Source: Fidelibacterota bacterium (GTDB lineage: Bacteria > Fidelibacterota > Marinisomatia > Marinisomatales > JABMOV01). From it: a DNA stretch of 64,000 nt. Below, in pieces: positions 9,340-20,400 of the stretch (its first letter is position 1; each line of letters opens with the position of its first letter). The notes beneath the pieces were generated by a model. It saw nothing but the letters and a program-made list of their open reading frames with translations, had not been told where the DNA came from and ran no database searches. Location of the stretch: positions 45,830 through 109,829 of the forward strand of contig JBHHUC010000001.1 in NCBI GenBank assembly GCA_046861395.1, written 5' to 3'. The position numbers were made by a program, and so were the translations under genes.

Positions 9340-10682
9340 TACTTCCCTACGCAAAAGGATTGAAAAACAGATTCAATGATATCGTCAGGCGTTGTTTTTC
9401 CCAGAACCATATCAACGGCCGTAATGGCCTCTCGCAGTTCCACCGCCACAAGCTCCAGCGGCACGGAAGGTGAACCCAACAATGCGGAGGCTCGGGACAA
9501 AGCGGCTTGGCATGATTCAACGGAATGGAGCTGCCGGGCAGTGGTCAGGGCCAGCTGGGAAGATGAAACCGTGGACAACCCCAAACGCTCAACCAGGGCG
9601 GCTTCCAGACGATCGAGACCACAGCCTGTCTGGGCAGAAACAATCAAGGCCTGTTTTTTCAAGTTGTCCGGTTGACGACCCTCTGGGATAAGGTCGTATT
9701 TATTAAAGACCTCGAGAAAGGGAATATCCGGGATGTCGATTAACGTGTTATTGCTGTGATCATTGGTTAGGTCGTGTACCACGAGAATACAATCGGCCTC
9801 CGCCATGGATCGGCGGGTCCTGCGCACCCCCTCTTTTTCAATCTCGTCCTGAGCTTCGCGCAGTCCGGCTGTATCCACCAGAGTGACGACTACACCGCGC
9901 AGAACCAGAGCGACCTCAATGCTGTCCCGCGTTGTTCCCGGCTTGGGACTGGTAATGGCCCGGTCGCTTCCGGCCAGAGCATTCAGAAGTGTAGATTTTC
10001 CTGCATTAGGCTTTCCAACAATCACAACCCGGGCCCCACGGGTCAGCAGCCGACCCCGGGCGTAAGACTCCGCCAGCGTGTTCAACTGAGACCGCAAATA
10101 GGCTATGCCTTTGTTTAGAGAGTGAATTAAATCCGGCTGAAGTTCGTCTTCGGAAATGTCAAGATCAAACTCTACCCGCGCCAGCAGGCTGACAAGTGCC
10201 GCTTTGATTTCAGTAAAAAGATGGGACAATTGTCCTTTGATGAGACGCGTGTTTAAGGCTGCGCTGACGGTGGATTGTGCCGAAATTAAAGCACCAACAC
10301 TTTCGGCCTGGATCAGATCATATTTTCCATTGAGAAAAGCACGTTGGGTAAACTCACCGGGACCGGCCAAATCAGCCCCCAGTTCCCTGCAACGCCGAAC
10401 CAGAGCCTGGACAATTAGGGGATTACCATGACACATGATTTCAACCACATCTTCGCCTGTATATGATTCCGGCCCTTTATAATACAGTAGAATTCCCTCA
10501 TCAATTTCGGCACCATTGGCTTCCCGGAACGACGCAAAATGGGCATAGCGTACGCGGAGGGTTTTTTTATTGACCAGTGTCAGCGCCAGCGAAAGGGAAC
10601 GAGCGCCACTGAGACGTATAACAGCCAGGCCCCCAACCCCGCCAGGGGTAGCCGGAGCCACAACCGTTGTTGAGTGTATCAT
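9339..10682 (-). CDS. mnmE: tRNA modification GTPase MnmE (TrmE)
   Basis: SYTGEDVVEIMCHG, GKPNAGKS, GTTRD, DTAG, NKYD, C-terminal FCVGK. Confidence 0.98.
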   Translation of the reverse strand: MIHSTTVVAPATPGGVGGLAVIRLSGARSLSLALTLVNKKTLRVRYAHFASFREANGAEIDEGILLYYKGPESYTGEDVVEIMCHGNPLIVQALVRRCRELGADLAGPGEFTQRAFLNGKYDLIQAESVGALISAQSTVSAALNTRLIKGQLSHLFTEIKAALVSLLARVEFDLDISEDELQPDLIHSLNKGIAYLRSQLNTLAESYARGRLLTRGARVVIVGKPNAGKSTLLNALAGSDRAITSPKPGTTRDSIEVALVLRGVVVTLVDTAGLREAQDEIEKEGVRRTRRSMAEADCILVVHDLTNDHSNNTLIDIPDIPFLEVFNKYDLIPEGRQPDNLKKQALIVSAQTGCGLDRLEAALVERLGLSTVSSSQLALTTARQLHSVESCQAALSRASALLGSPSVPLELVAVELREAITAVDMVLGKTTPDDIIESVFQSFCVGK

Positions 10683-12370
10683 TTTCGCGGTGGAGATGTA
10701 TTCTTAACGGTAACCGGAGCCGGCGTGTGTGGCGTCAGATATTTTTGTTGTAATATTGTTAATATATTGAAGAGTGTGTAATACAGGTTCAGCCCCGATG
10801 GAAAACGATAAAAAACAAATAATAAAACCACATTCATCACATACATCATAGATTTATTCTGTCCTGGCTGGGTGGGCATCATGGATTGCTGGACGATCAT
10901 GGTAACAGCCATAACAACGGGTAAAACATTTAAAGGAAATCCGGCAATTTCGACCAATGTGTCGGGCGCGGAGAGATCTTTGATCCAAAGAATAAAAGGA
11001 GCGCCACGCAATTCAATGGTTGAACGAAAAACCTGAAACAGGGCGATCAACAACGGCATCTGTAACAACAGCGGCAGACATCCTCCTAGAGGATTGACAC
11101 CCATTTCTTTGTACATCTCCATAGTGGCCTTGTTCAATTGCTGCGGATTGTTTTTATATTTCTCCTTTAAAGCCTGCAGTTGCGGTTGAACTTCCTGCAT
11201 TTTTCTGGTGGACTGATAGCTTTTCTTTGTTAGTGGGTAAACAACTATTTTTACAAGAATTGAAAACAGAATAAGGATAAAACCATAATTGGGAATATAT
11301 TTATGCATGGATGTCAACAGAAACAGCACGCCACGACTGATGGGTCGAATAACGGACCATCCCATGGTCATAGCCTGGTCCACATCGTGCCCCAGTGCCT
11401 TGATTCGATTGTATTCCAAGGGGCCAAAGTAAAGGGTTGTGCTTGTGGCGTTGTCCGCCTTCAGGGTCAGGGCAACATTATACCGCGGGACATTCATGTC
11501 ATCATATTGGCCGAAGACGACGGCGCCGACGGCGGCAGATTGCGGAATCAAGGCCGAAAGAAAATACTTGGACCGCACGGCGACCCAGGCTGTTTGTCCC
11601 AGGTAGGATTCGGAAAGCGGTTTATCGTCCTTCATCTTCGGTGTGAACAACTCGTCGCCCTGAAAAACATAACCCTTGAAATAAAACAAATCATCCTTAC
11701 GACTTTTTTCGGTAATTGGCATCCCTCCCCACCAGGAAAGGTCATAAAGGCCCTGTGACAATTCCGGCTCCAGGAAAGACATGTCCACATCAACGTTTAC
11801 CCGGTAGGAGTCGGGGAAAAAGGTTAGTGTTTTTATAATTTTTTCATCAAGAAAACGGGTTTCAAATGACAGGGATAACGACCCGTCATCCACTTGATAG
11901 GTGCCTTCCTTGGAGGACGCTTGCCAATGATGATCCAGTCGGAAGTCATCACCGTCGATCGTCCGGCCGGAAAGAACAAGGTTGCTTCTGTTTTTTGCAT
12001 CAATGAGATTTACCAGGGAAGAGTCAAACATTGAATATTTATGCAGTTTAAAAGAAAGGAAAGAACCCCCGTTTTGATTGCTTACAACAGCTTCGTATAG
12101 ATCGGTGGAAATAATATAGACTCGTTCCTTCGCTTCTTCTGGGAGCGGTACAGTTGCCACGTCTTTTGGCTCTGCGGGCGCTGTTTCCGATCGAACTTCA
12201 GCCGCTGATTGCTTTTCCCGGGTGGGGATTGTGTTGTCCTCCGGAGAGGAAACAGTTTCCCGCTCGACCGGCGGGCCGGTCGGCGGCGGTGCCACCATTT
12301 CCATATAATACGGTGTAATGATAATGATCAGTGCGATGAGAATAAAAGCAGTAATTGTATTTTTATCCAT
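10679..12370 (-). CDS. yidC: Membrane protein insertase YidC
   Basis: N-terminal TM, large periplasmic domain, NYGFILIL, NPLGGCLPLLLQMP, LWIKDLSAPD, PSGLNLYY. Confidence 0.97.
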   Translation of the reverse strand: MDKNTITAFILIALIIIITPYYMEMVAPPPTGPPVERETVSSPEDNTIPTREKQSAAEVRSETAPAEPKDVATVPLPEEAKERVYIISTDLYEAVVSNQNGGSFLSFKLHKYSMFDSSLVNLIDAKNRSNLVLSGRTIDGDDFRLDHHWQASSKEGTYQVDDGSLSLSFETRFLDEKIIKTLTFFPDSYRVNVDVDMSFLEPELSQGLYDLSWWGGMPITEKSRKDDLFYFKGYVFQGDELFTPKMKDDKPLSESYLGQTAWVAVRSKYFLSALIPQSAAVGAVVFGQYDDMNVPRYNVALTLKADNATSTTLYFGPLEYNRIKALGHDVDQAMTMGWSVIRPISRGVLFLLTSMHKYIPNYGFILILFSILVKIVVYPLTKKSYQSTRKMQEVQPQLQALKEKYKNNPQQLNKATMEMYKEMGVNPLGGCLPLLLQMPLLIALFQVFRSTIELRGAPFILWIKDLSAPDTLVEIAGFPLNVLPVVMAVTMIVQQSMMPTQPGQNKSMMYVMNVVLLFVFYRFPSGLNLYYTLFNILTILQQKYLTPHTPAPVTVKNTSPPRK

Positions 12371-12621
12371 TAGGGTACCGGGTCATAGCCGCCGCGATGC
12401 AGCGGTTGGCATTTTGAAATGCGCTTAAGGGTTAAACAAAGGGCGTTGGGGAAAGACTTTTCCGAAAAAGCCTGATAGGCATAATGGGAACAGGTAGGTG
12501 AAAAGCGACAGTGGGGTCGGAGCAGGGGCGAAATAAAAGTTTGATATAGAAAAAGAAGCGCTCTTACGCTGGCGCGTAAAAGCCGATCAATATATCTGAA
12601 CAGGCGTCGGATGATAGCCAC
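12370..12621 (-). CDS. yidD: Membrane protein insertion efficiency factor YidD
   Basis: YQTFISP...[11 protein letters not shown]...RISKCQP...GGYDPVP. Confidence 0.95.
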   Translation of the reverse strand: MAIIRRLFRYIDRLLRASVRALLFLYQTFISPLLRPHCRFSPTCSHYAYQAFSEKSFPNALCLTLKRISKCQPLHRGGYDPVP

Positions 12622-12625
12622 ACCA

Positions 12626-12760
12626 TTAGGCGGAAAGGACCTTACGTCCCTTTTTTCGTCTGCGGGCGATTACACGTCGACCACCGACAGTTGCCATGCG
12701 GGCACGGAAGCCGTGTTTATTCTTTCTTTTTCGGCTGCTGGGTTGAAACGTGCGTTTCAT
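12626..12760 (-). CDS. rpmH: 50S ribosomal protein L34 (absent from the ORF track)
   Basis: Manual translation: [44 protein letters not shown]. Confidence 0.98.
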   Translation of the reverse strand: MKRTFQPSSRKRKNKHGFRARMATVGGRRVIARRRKKGRKVLSA

Positions 12761-12805
12761 TTTCACTCCATTTTTAGCCCGGAAAACTATGAAATGATCC
12801 AGTGT

Positions 12806-12923
12806 TTATCCAAAGAAAATAATTTGACCAAAAAAGTTGTAAAATCCTGGGGAAAGCGCTCGGTTCATTCAAATTTTTTCGAGTAAATTAAATAAAACAG
12901 AACTGTGGAAAACTTGTGGATAA
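12806..12923. promoter_or_regulatory. DnaA boxes in the rpmH-dnaA divergent promoter region
   Basis: TTATCCAAA 12806-12814, TGTGGAAAA 12904-12912, perfect TGTGGATAA 12915-12923 overlapping the dnaA GTG. Confidence 0.75.
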
Positions 12924-14277
12924 CTATAGCGCTAGGCACGAAACTTTTTGGCTGAAAGCCAAGAATGAAATTAGAAATACACTCCCGGATCACGCGTTCA
13001 ATACCTGGTTTGAGCCGGTCAATGCCATTGCCCTGACAAAAGATGAATTAATTCTTGAGGTCCCGAATCAGTTTTTTTATGAATGGCTAAAAAGTCATTA
13101 TCAGGGGCTTCTGGAAAAAACCGTCAACCAGGCCGGGGAAAACAAGGTTGCCATAAAATTCACCGTATCAGCCTCGGCCTCAGAAAAGCCGGAATCATGG
13201 CAGCGCCTGCAACCGTCCGAGCCGGCACCACCGTCACGGCAACGGACACTGTTGAACAAGAAATACACCTTTTCCAATTTTATCGAAGGAAAGAATAACC
13301 AGTTTGCCAAGGCCGCGGCCCTGACAGTGGCGGAGTCGCCAGGACATGACCAATTCAACCCCCTGGTGATTTACGGCGGCGTGGGGTTGGGAAAAACCCA
13401 CCTCTTGCACGCCATCGGAAACCAGATACAGGAAACCAAACCAGATGCCGCAGTGGTTCTGGCTCCCAGTGAAAAGTTCACCCGCGATTTTATTTCCAGT
13501 ATCCGGAAAAACAAAACGGTTGAATTTGCCAAAATGTACCGCCGGGCCGATGTCCTTTTAATCGATGATATTCAGTTTTTTCAGGGCAAGGAACAAACCC
13601 AGGAACAGTTTTTTCACACGTTTAATGATCTGTATCAGACGGGTAAGCAGATTGTCATGACCGCCGATCGTTACCCGGGAGAGCTGGACGGGTTGATGGA
13701 CCGACTATTGTCCCGGTTCGAATCTGGATTATCGGTGGATATTCAGCCGCCCAGCTTTGAAACGCGTGTGGCCATCCTGATGGAAATGAGCGAAGAAAAT
13801 GGAATGGAATTACCCTATAACCTGATAGAATTCATTGCCATGCATGTAAAATCCAGTGTCCGCGATATTGAAAGCACACTGATCCGTCTGTTAGCATACA
13901 GCTCTCTTTCCAAGGAAGAAATTGATCAGCGTCTGGTGAAAAAAGTTGTTCAAGAACGCCTGGGTAAAAGATTAATTGCCGAAGTTTCTGCTGAAGATAT
14001 TATCAAACGCGTTTCGGAGATTACTCATATACCGGAAAGGGAAATCATTGGAAAAAGCCGGAAAAAAAATATTGCCGAAGCCCGTCATTTATCCATCTAT
14101 TTGATACGAGACATCCTGAACATGCCACTCGTAAATATCGGTTTACACTTCAGCGGCCGGGACCACAGTACCATCCTGCACGCCTGCCGGGCGATAGAGG
14201 AACGTATTCAAAAAGAGGATCGGATAAACAATACGGTGCAAACGCTCAAACAACAATTGATGGTAGTTTCCGGATGA
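12916..14277 (+). CDS. dnaA: Chromosomal replication initiator DnaA
   Basis: FNTWF domain I, YTFSNFIEG, GGVGLGKTHL, LLIDDIQF, FSGRDHSTILHA. Confidence 0.99.
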   Translation: MDNYSARHETFWLKAKNEIRNTLPDHAFNTWFEPVNAIALTKDELILEVPNQFFYEWLKSHYQGLLEKTVNQAGENKVAIKFTVSASASEKPESWQRLQPSEPAPPSRQRTLLNKKYTFSNFIEGKNNQFAKAAALTVAESPGHDQFNPLVIYGGVGLGKTHLLHAIGNQIQETKPDAAVVLAPSEKFTRDFISSIRKNKTVEFAKMYRRADVLLIDDIQFFQGKEQTQEQFFHTFNDLYQTGKQIVMTADRYPGELDGLMDRLLSRFESGLSVDIQPPSFETRVAILMEMSEENGMELPYNLIEFIAMHVKSSVRDIESTLIRLLAYSSLSKEEIDQRLVKKVVQERLGKRLIAEVSAEDIIKRVSEITHIPEREIIGKSRKKNIAEARHLSIYLIRDILNMPLVNIGLHFSGRDHSTILHACRAIEERIQKEDRINNTVQTLKQQLMVVSG

Positions 14278-14339
14278 AAATTTTCCGCAAACCGGAATCG
14301 TGATTCAGCGCAAGCTTATTAATTTAGTTTATTATTCAC

Positions 14340-14369
14340 TTGACTGTTTTTCCGACAAAAAGTTATATT
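14340..14369 (+). promoter_or_regulatory. Putative sigma70 promoter of the giant surface protein gene
   Basis: TTGACT-N18-TATATT; SD AGGAGG just upstream of ATG 14445. Confidence 0.5.
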
Positions 14370-14444
14370 GGCGACACTTTTCGCGTTTTAACCGTAGAGA
14401 ATAGGCGCGAATAAAAAGTTTTTGAAACAAATAGGAGGTTCAGT

Positions 14445-17400
14445 ATGAGGCGCACGGTAATGATAGTTTTATCTTTAGCGTTTCTTTGGTCAAGCTTCAG
14501 TTTGGCCGCGGATAAGAGCAGAGATCCGAAAAACAAAGACCAACAGGGAGCACATGAAGGCGTTGTGAAGGGTCCCGACCTTTCAATCCCAAAAGATTAC
14601 AAAGATAATAAAGGCGGTATTAAATCGTGGTCCATTGAAGATTATTTAATAGTTACACCAAAGGACAAACATAATGCGCTTTTGCAAAGAACTAACAAAA
14701 AAACAAGGAGCTACCACCCAGTAAGTAAAATAAAACCGGGACCAGAAAGCCTCCAAAAGAAAGACAAAAGAACAGCGGAAATTTCTACCTGGGGTATAAA
14801 AGAATATATTGAAAACACGCCAGAGAGCAAAAATACAGCAATTATAAACAGACAAAAATCACCAAGTATTACAAGAGGGGAAGCTCCCCAATACAGAGAC
14901 GGTGTAAAATCAATTTCTGATTATTCTACAGACGAACTATTAAACATTACCCCCAGCAAAACAAAAAGAGAAGCGATTACCCACGCTAAAACGTTTGTGG
15001 TTGGTGGCAGCAGATCACACAACAATACAACAATAAGCCTTACAGTTGATGCTTGGGCATCAGAAGCATCGTGGAACTTGTATGACTCAACGGCAGGAGC
15101 CTACTACTATACAGCCAACCAAACCTTTGCCAGCGGGTATGAAACGCAGACTGTCGTACTAGACCTACTGCCAGGAACATATTCTATAGACGTCTGGGAC
15201 AGTTATGGCGACGGAGGTGTTGCCGGAACCGTTACCGACGTAAACGGTGCTGTTTTAGTCTCATGGCTTGACAGCGATTACAGTTCTTTTGGTCAATTTG
15301 GATTTGAGGTGTTTCCAAGAATGTTTGATGTCAATCTGTCACTTACAGTTGATACTTGGGCCTCAGAAGCATCATGGAACTTGTACGACTCGACTGCGGG
15401 AGCTTACTATTATACAGCGAATCAGACCTTTACCTCTGGTGGGGAAACACAAAATGTTACAGTTAGCCTTGCTGGTGGTGTTTATTCCGTAGACGTTTGG
15501 GATAGTTATGGCGATGGTGGAATTGCAGGGACGGTTACCGACGCAAATGGAAACGTTTTGGTAACGTGGCTTGATGGAGACTATGCAGACTTTGGCCAGT
15601 TTGGATTTTCAATAGGACTGTTTAATACCACAATAGCGCTTACAGTTGATACTTGGGCCTCAGAGGCGTCATGGAACTTGTACGACTCAACGTCAGGCAC
15701 CTATTATTATACTACGAACCAAACCTTTACCACAGGTGGAGAAACGCAAACAATTGTGTTTCCACTACCCGCTGGCCATTACTCCGTAGACGTTTGGGAT
15801 AGTTATGGCGACGGTGGAATTGCGGGGACGGTCACGGATGTAAATGGAAACGTTTTGGTAACGTGGCTTGATGGAGACTATGCAGACTTTGGCCAGTTTG
15901 GGTTCGAAGTCCTTGTGCCCACAAACGCACCTGACCTCTTCTTTTCGGAGTATGTCGAGGGGAGCGGTAATAATAAAGCATTAGAGGTATATAATCCTAC
16001 AAACGACACACTAAACCTTGATAATTACTTAGTGTACACTAACTATAATGGAAATTCATGGACTGGAATTTATACATTTCCAGCCGGGTTTTTATTAGCA
16101 CCGGGAGATGTTTTTGTCGCTGCGAGTGCAGACGCAGACCCGGAGATATTACAAGCGGCAGATTCAGCCTATGCTTATGGTGATGGTGCATTTATCACAT
16201 CCTTTAATGGTGACGATGTTCGGGGTTTAGCAAGAATCGATGGCACAGACACAACATTTATAGACCTAATAGGTTTTTATGATATTAACGCTGATACATC
16301 AGAAGACCCCGGCTCCGGCTGGGATGTTGCCGGAACAGCTAATGCGACCTCCAATCACACTTTAATCAGGAAGCAAGATGTTATTTGGGGTAATACCAAT
16401 TGGACAGCCTCGGCCGGAACAGATTCCGCCAACTCTGAATGGCTGGTCTTTCCGCAGGACTATTCCGCGAACCTGGGCGGACACCCGGATGATCCCTGCT
16501 GGGGTAATGAGGTAAACTTGACGGTGACCTCGGTAAGTTGGGGAAGTGAAATCAATTTCTATCTTACCAATGATCTTGGCGACACACTGATATCCTGCTT
16601 CGGATGTATGTCCAGCTATAGCACGTTCACGGAAACTTTCTGTCTCGCTGATGGTTTCTACACCTTCTGGGGCGCCGATGATTACGGCGACAGTTGGGGT
16701 ACTGGTGCCGGCTTTGTCTTTACCGATGCCGATGGCAATGTCCTTGCCGCCGGCGACGGCCCAACCAGCGGCGACGGAACGAACTGGGTAAGTTGGACCT
16801 TTGGCGTTGGCGCAACGCCACCGGCTTTTGCTGCCAATATGTATTTCGATATGGGCGGACAGGCCGTTGGTGCTGGTGCCACAACGCAATCCCTGTACGT
16901 CACAAACCCGGGTGGGAGCGATTTAACCGTTTCTGCCGTGGAGGTCTCCGGTGATCCGTTCTCCTCAACTACAACCTCATTCACCGTTCCAGGCGGAGCG
17001 ACCTATCCTGTTGACGTATCTTTTGACCCTGCCACCCCTGATGATTTCGAAGGTTACATGGTGTTTACCAGCGATGCGGAAACAAGCCCCGATACGGTAT
17101 GGCTCTTTGGCTTTGGCGTGGACGGCGTCTTCTTTGAGGACTTTGATCCGCCCACCGGATCCTACACGGACCTGCCCATGGAAGGCTGGACAATTCTGGA
17201 TAATAACGGTGATGCTGATTCCATCCCGCAACGGTATAAAACATGGTATCATGATGACTACGGTCTGGATGGAAGCGGAAACATGGTGGCCTACATGGGT
17301 TACAGCAACGGCTATTATGCCGATGAAACCCTGATCACACCCATGATCTCCGTTTCTGAACTGTCGGTAGTGGGTTTCTGGATGTACAACAACTATGACC

Positions 17401-20400
17401 GCGGTTACTTCCTGGATGTATCCTACTCTACCGATGGTACGACCTTCAACTATCTGACATCGGTGCCCATCCATGATTTCTACGAGTACGTGGAGGTCAT
17501 CCTGCCAGAAGTTGCGGATCAGCAAATTGCATTCACCTTTGCACCGGACAGCGGAGGCTCCTATGCCTACCTGAATTTCGACGAAGTAACTGTCTCTGCC
17601 GCACCACCAGTGGGAACCATCATGGGTACCGTCACGAATCCCGGCGGCGCACCGATTGAAGGCGTAAATGTTGGAACGCCCTTCGGAGTCACTGTGACGG
17701 ATGTTGCCGGTGACTATACTCTGAACTTTCAACCGGTAGGCCTGACGGAATTATGGTTTGATTTGCCCGGCTATCATCCAGCCTATTTCAATGTGGTGGT
17801 GGCAGACAGTGACACTACGGTTCAGGACCTGATCATGGTCCCAGACTCGGCGACCCAATCCACCATGTATTACACCGGATTTGAAACAGGCGAAGACACG
17901 GGGCAAACCTTTGCCTGGAGCGGGACCCACGCCTTTACGGTTATGGATACTTTCATTACCGGCGTGGACACAATCCTGCCGTCTTCCGGCGACTACATGC
18001 TGGTCTTCCCCGATTCCGGCGAAGCCTATGATAATAACGATTATGCCTACTGGCTGGGCAATGAATTCATTGACCTTACCGCCCTCATGGGCGGCGGTTT
18101 CCGCTTCCACTATTCGGCTTACATATCGACAGAAAGTGGTTGGGATTATGTCTATCCGGTTATGGCCCTGAGTGACGGAAATCTATACTGGATGGACGAA
18201 GACGGCATGAGCGGTGACGCCGGCGGCTGGTTCGATTATGAGGTGGACCTGTCCTGGGCCATGGCCATGGGCGCAGAATGGGCTGTTCCCGGCTTTGTCT
18301 TTGAAGCCGACGGCTCCGTGATTGGCGGCTTCGGTGCGGCCTTTGATGATGTCGAATTGTTATACGACAGCTTCTTCCTGGCGCCACCTATGGAGGTGAT
18401 GGCAGGAAGCTTTGGCTCCGATGTTCCGCTTTCCTGGAACACGCCCGGCCCGACGGGATCCGTCCAATATCATCTGACCCAGACGGATCGGAGCAACTTC
18501 ACATTGTTGTCCGGAGATGAAGACGGTACCTATGCCAGGGGTAAAGGTCCCCTGCCCAAGGAACACCTGGACGTGACCTACAATTACAGCAACCCCAACA
18601 ATGTTGGGCGCGATCTAGCCGGATACAAAGTGTACCGGAAGGAATGGCCCGTGGGCGAACCCGTCCTGCTGGCAACGGTAACTGAAAACATGTACACCGA
18701 TACGGATGTCATAGAAGGAACATATTACAATTATGCCGTTTCCGCCCTCTACGATGAAGGCGAAAGCTGGCCCATGCCGTCTAATGATGTCCACGTTGGT
18801 GCCGTGACGCAGTTACCAGCCATTGGATTCAGTGAGGACTTTGAAGGTCTGGCCGGCGGAATCCCGGCTGACTGGCAAGCCTTCACGACAAATCCACTGG
18901 GTATTTCCTGGGCCACAGGTGATTCGGCAGCAGCGGATACATCCGGCGCCTTCGGCTATGGAACACCGGCCGGCGGCGATTCTACCGACTTCGCCTTTGT
19001 CACCGACGGACGCGGCGGTGACTTTACCTTTGACACCTGGTTATTGTCACCTTTCCTGGATGCCAGTGATGCCTATTCCGCCCTGGTATCGTTCTCAGGT
19101 TATGAGCAGGGCTGGGGCAATTTTCCAGGCAACAGCACCGTCGCACAATTACTGGTCCGTTCGAATATGGGGCCGTGGTTTGTGGTTACAGACTTCTCCT
19201 ATGACCACTATGATGGATTTGTTGACTATGCCAACGACATCCAGATGGTGGCGGCCGGACAGGAGTACGTACAATTTGCTGTCTTCTATCATCACGAAGG
19301 GGGTATGAACTCAGGCGGTGGTAATGGTATAGCAGTTGACAATCTCTCCGTCTTTAATTTTGCCGGACCCACCAATCTGGTGGCAACGCCGGGAACCAAT
19401 GTGGTTGATCTGGAATGGTTGGAACCGTTACGGACACTGGAAAACCTGCCGGAAACACGGGAACTTTCCGCTGAAAAAGCGACACTTCCGTCCGGAACCG
19501 TTTCCAGCTCCGAGCGCGAAACATGCTTCAATCATATGTCAGCCCTGGCCTACTTCTGGTCCTTCACCGACTCTCTGAGCGGACCGTCCTCCATTTTTGC
19601 CTTCCCCGAAGGCCCCATGGAATTGACGGCAGCTCAGTATGGTGTTTACTTCCCGCCAGACGCCCCGATTGTGGGCTCACCGGTTGAAATGGCAGTCCTT
19701 GTCGCCAATGCCGACTCTACCGGTGCAACAATAGACACAATCTACAGTGGCATAGAAACACTGACGGCCGAAGCTTATGCCAATACATATGAAGTTGATC
19801 TGACCGGCTTGGTCTGGGAAAGCACAGGAAACAACTTCATCAAGGTGCATTTCCGTCCCATGACATGGGCCGATAGCATTGGTGGCGGTGGGGTGAATCC
19901 GGCCTACACACCGGCTCCGCTCAGCGATGACGGCTTATCACCCAGCGGCCTCAGCGGAACTGACAGTGCAGGCGTGTTCTATCCCTCTGACTACGATTTC
20001 GATCTGGCCATTTGTGGAACACCGACCCCGCCGGCCCTGTCCTTCAATATTTACAAAGACGGCATGGTGGTGGAAGAATACTTTGAAGACCTCTTCTGGA
20101 GTGATTTCGATGTATCACCTGCCATTGAATCCTGCTACTACGTTGCAGGTGTTGTGCCGCTGTTCCTGGCTTCCGATGCCGGTGATATGATCTTTGTTGA
20201 AACGGAACGGACCAACGAAGTATGTGCCACGCCGATTAACACCCCGCCAACCGACTTTACCCTATTGGCACCGGTGGATGGTGATACGCTCTTCCTGACC
20301 CCGGATAACATCGGCATGTCCACCATGTTTGCCTGGACGCCGTCACTGGATCCGGATGGGGAAGAAATCTGGTACACCGTTGAATGGAGCCTGGACAACA

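Noticed and set aside
12611..12886. 91-aa plus-strand ORF as a possible rnpA or leader
   Set aside because: Antisense to rpmH and has no RnpA RNR motif
15021..15911. Repeats as a CRISPR array or DGR template/variable pair
   Set aside because: In-frame ~300-bp coding domain repeats; no spacers, cas or reverse transcriptase; differences are not adenine-specific
16977..17732. 251-aa antisense ORF inside the giant protein gene (and similar ones at 16362-16889)
   Set aside because: Shadow ORF from codon bias of the sense gene; no motifs or SD
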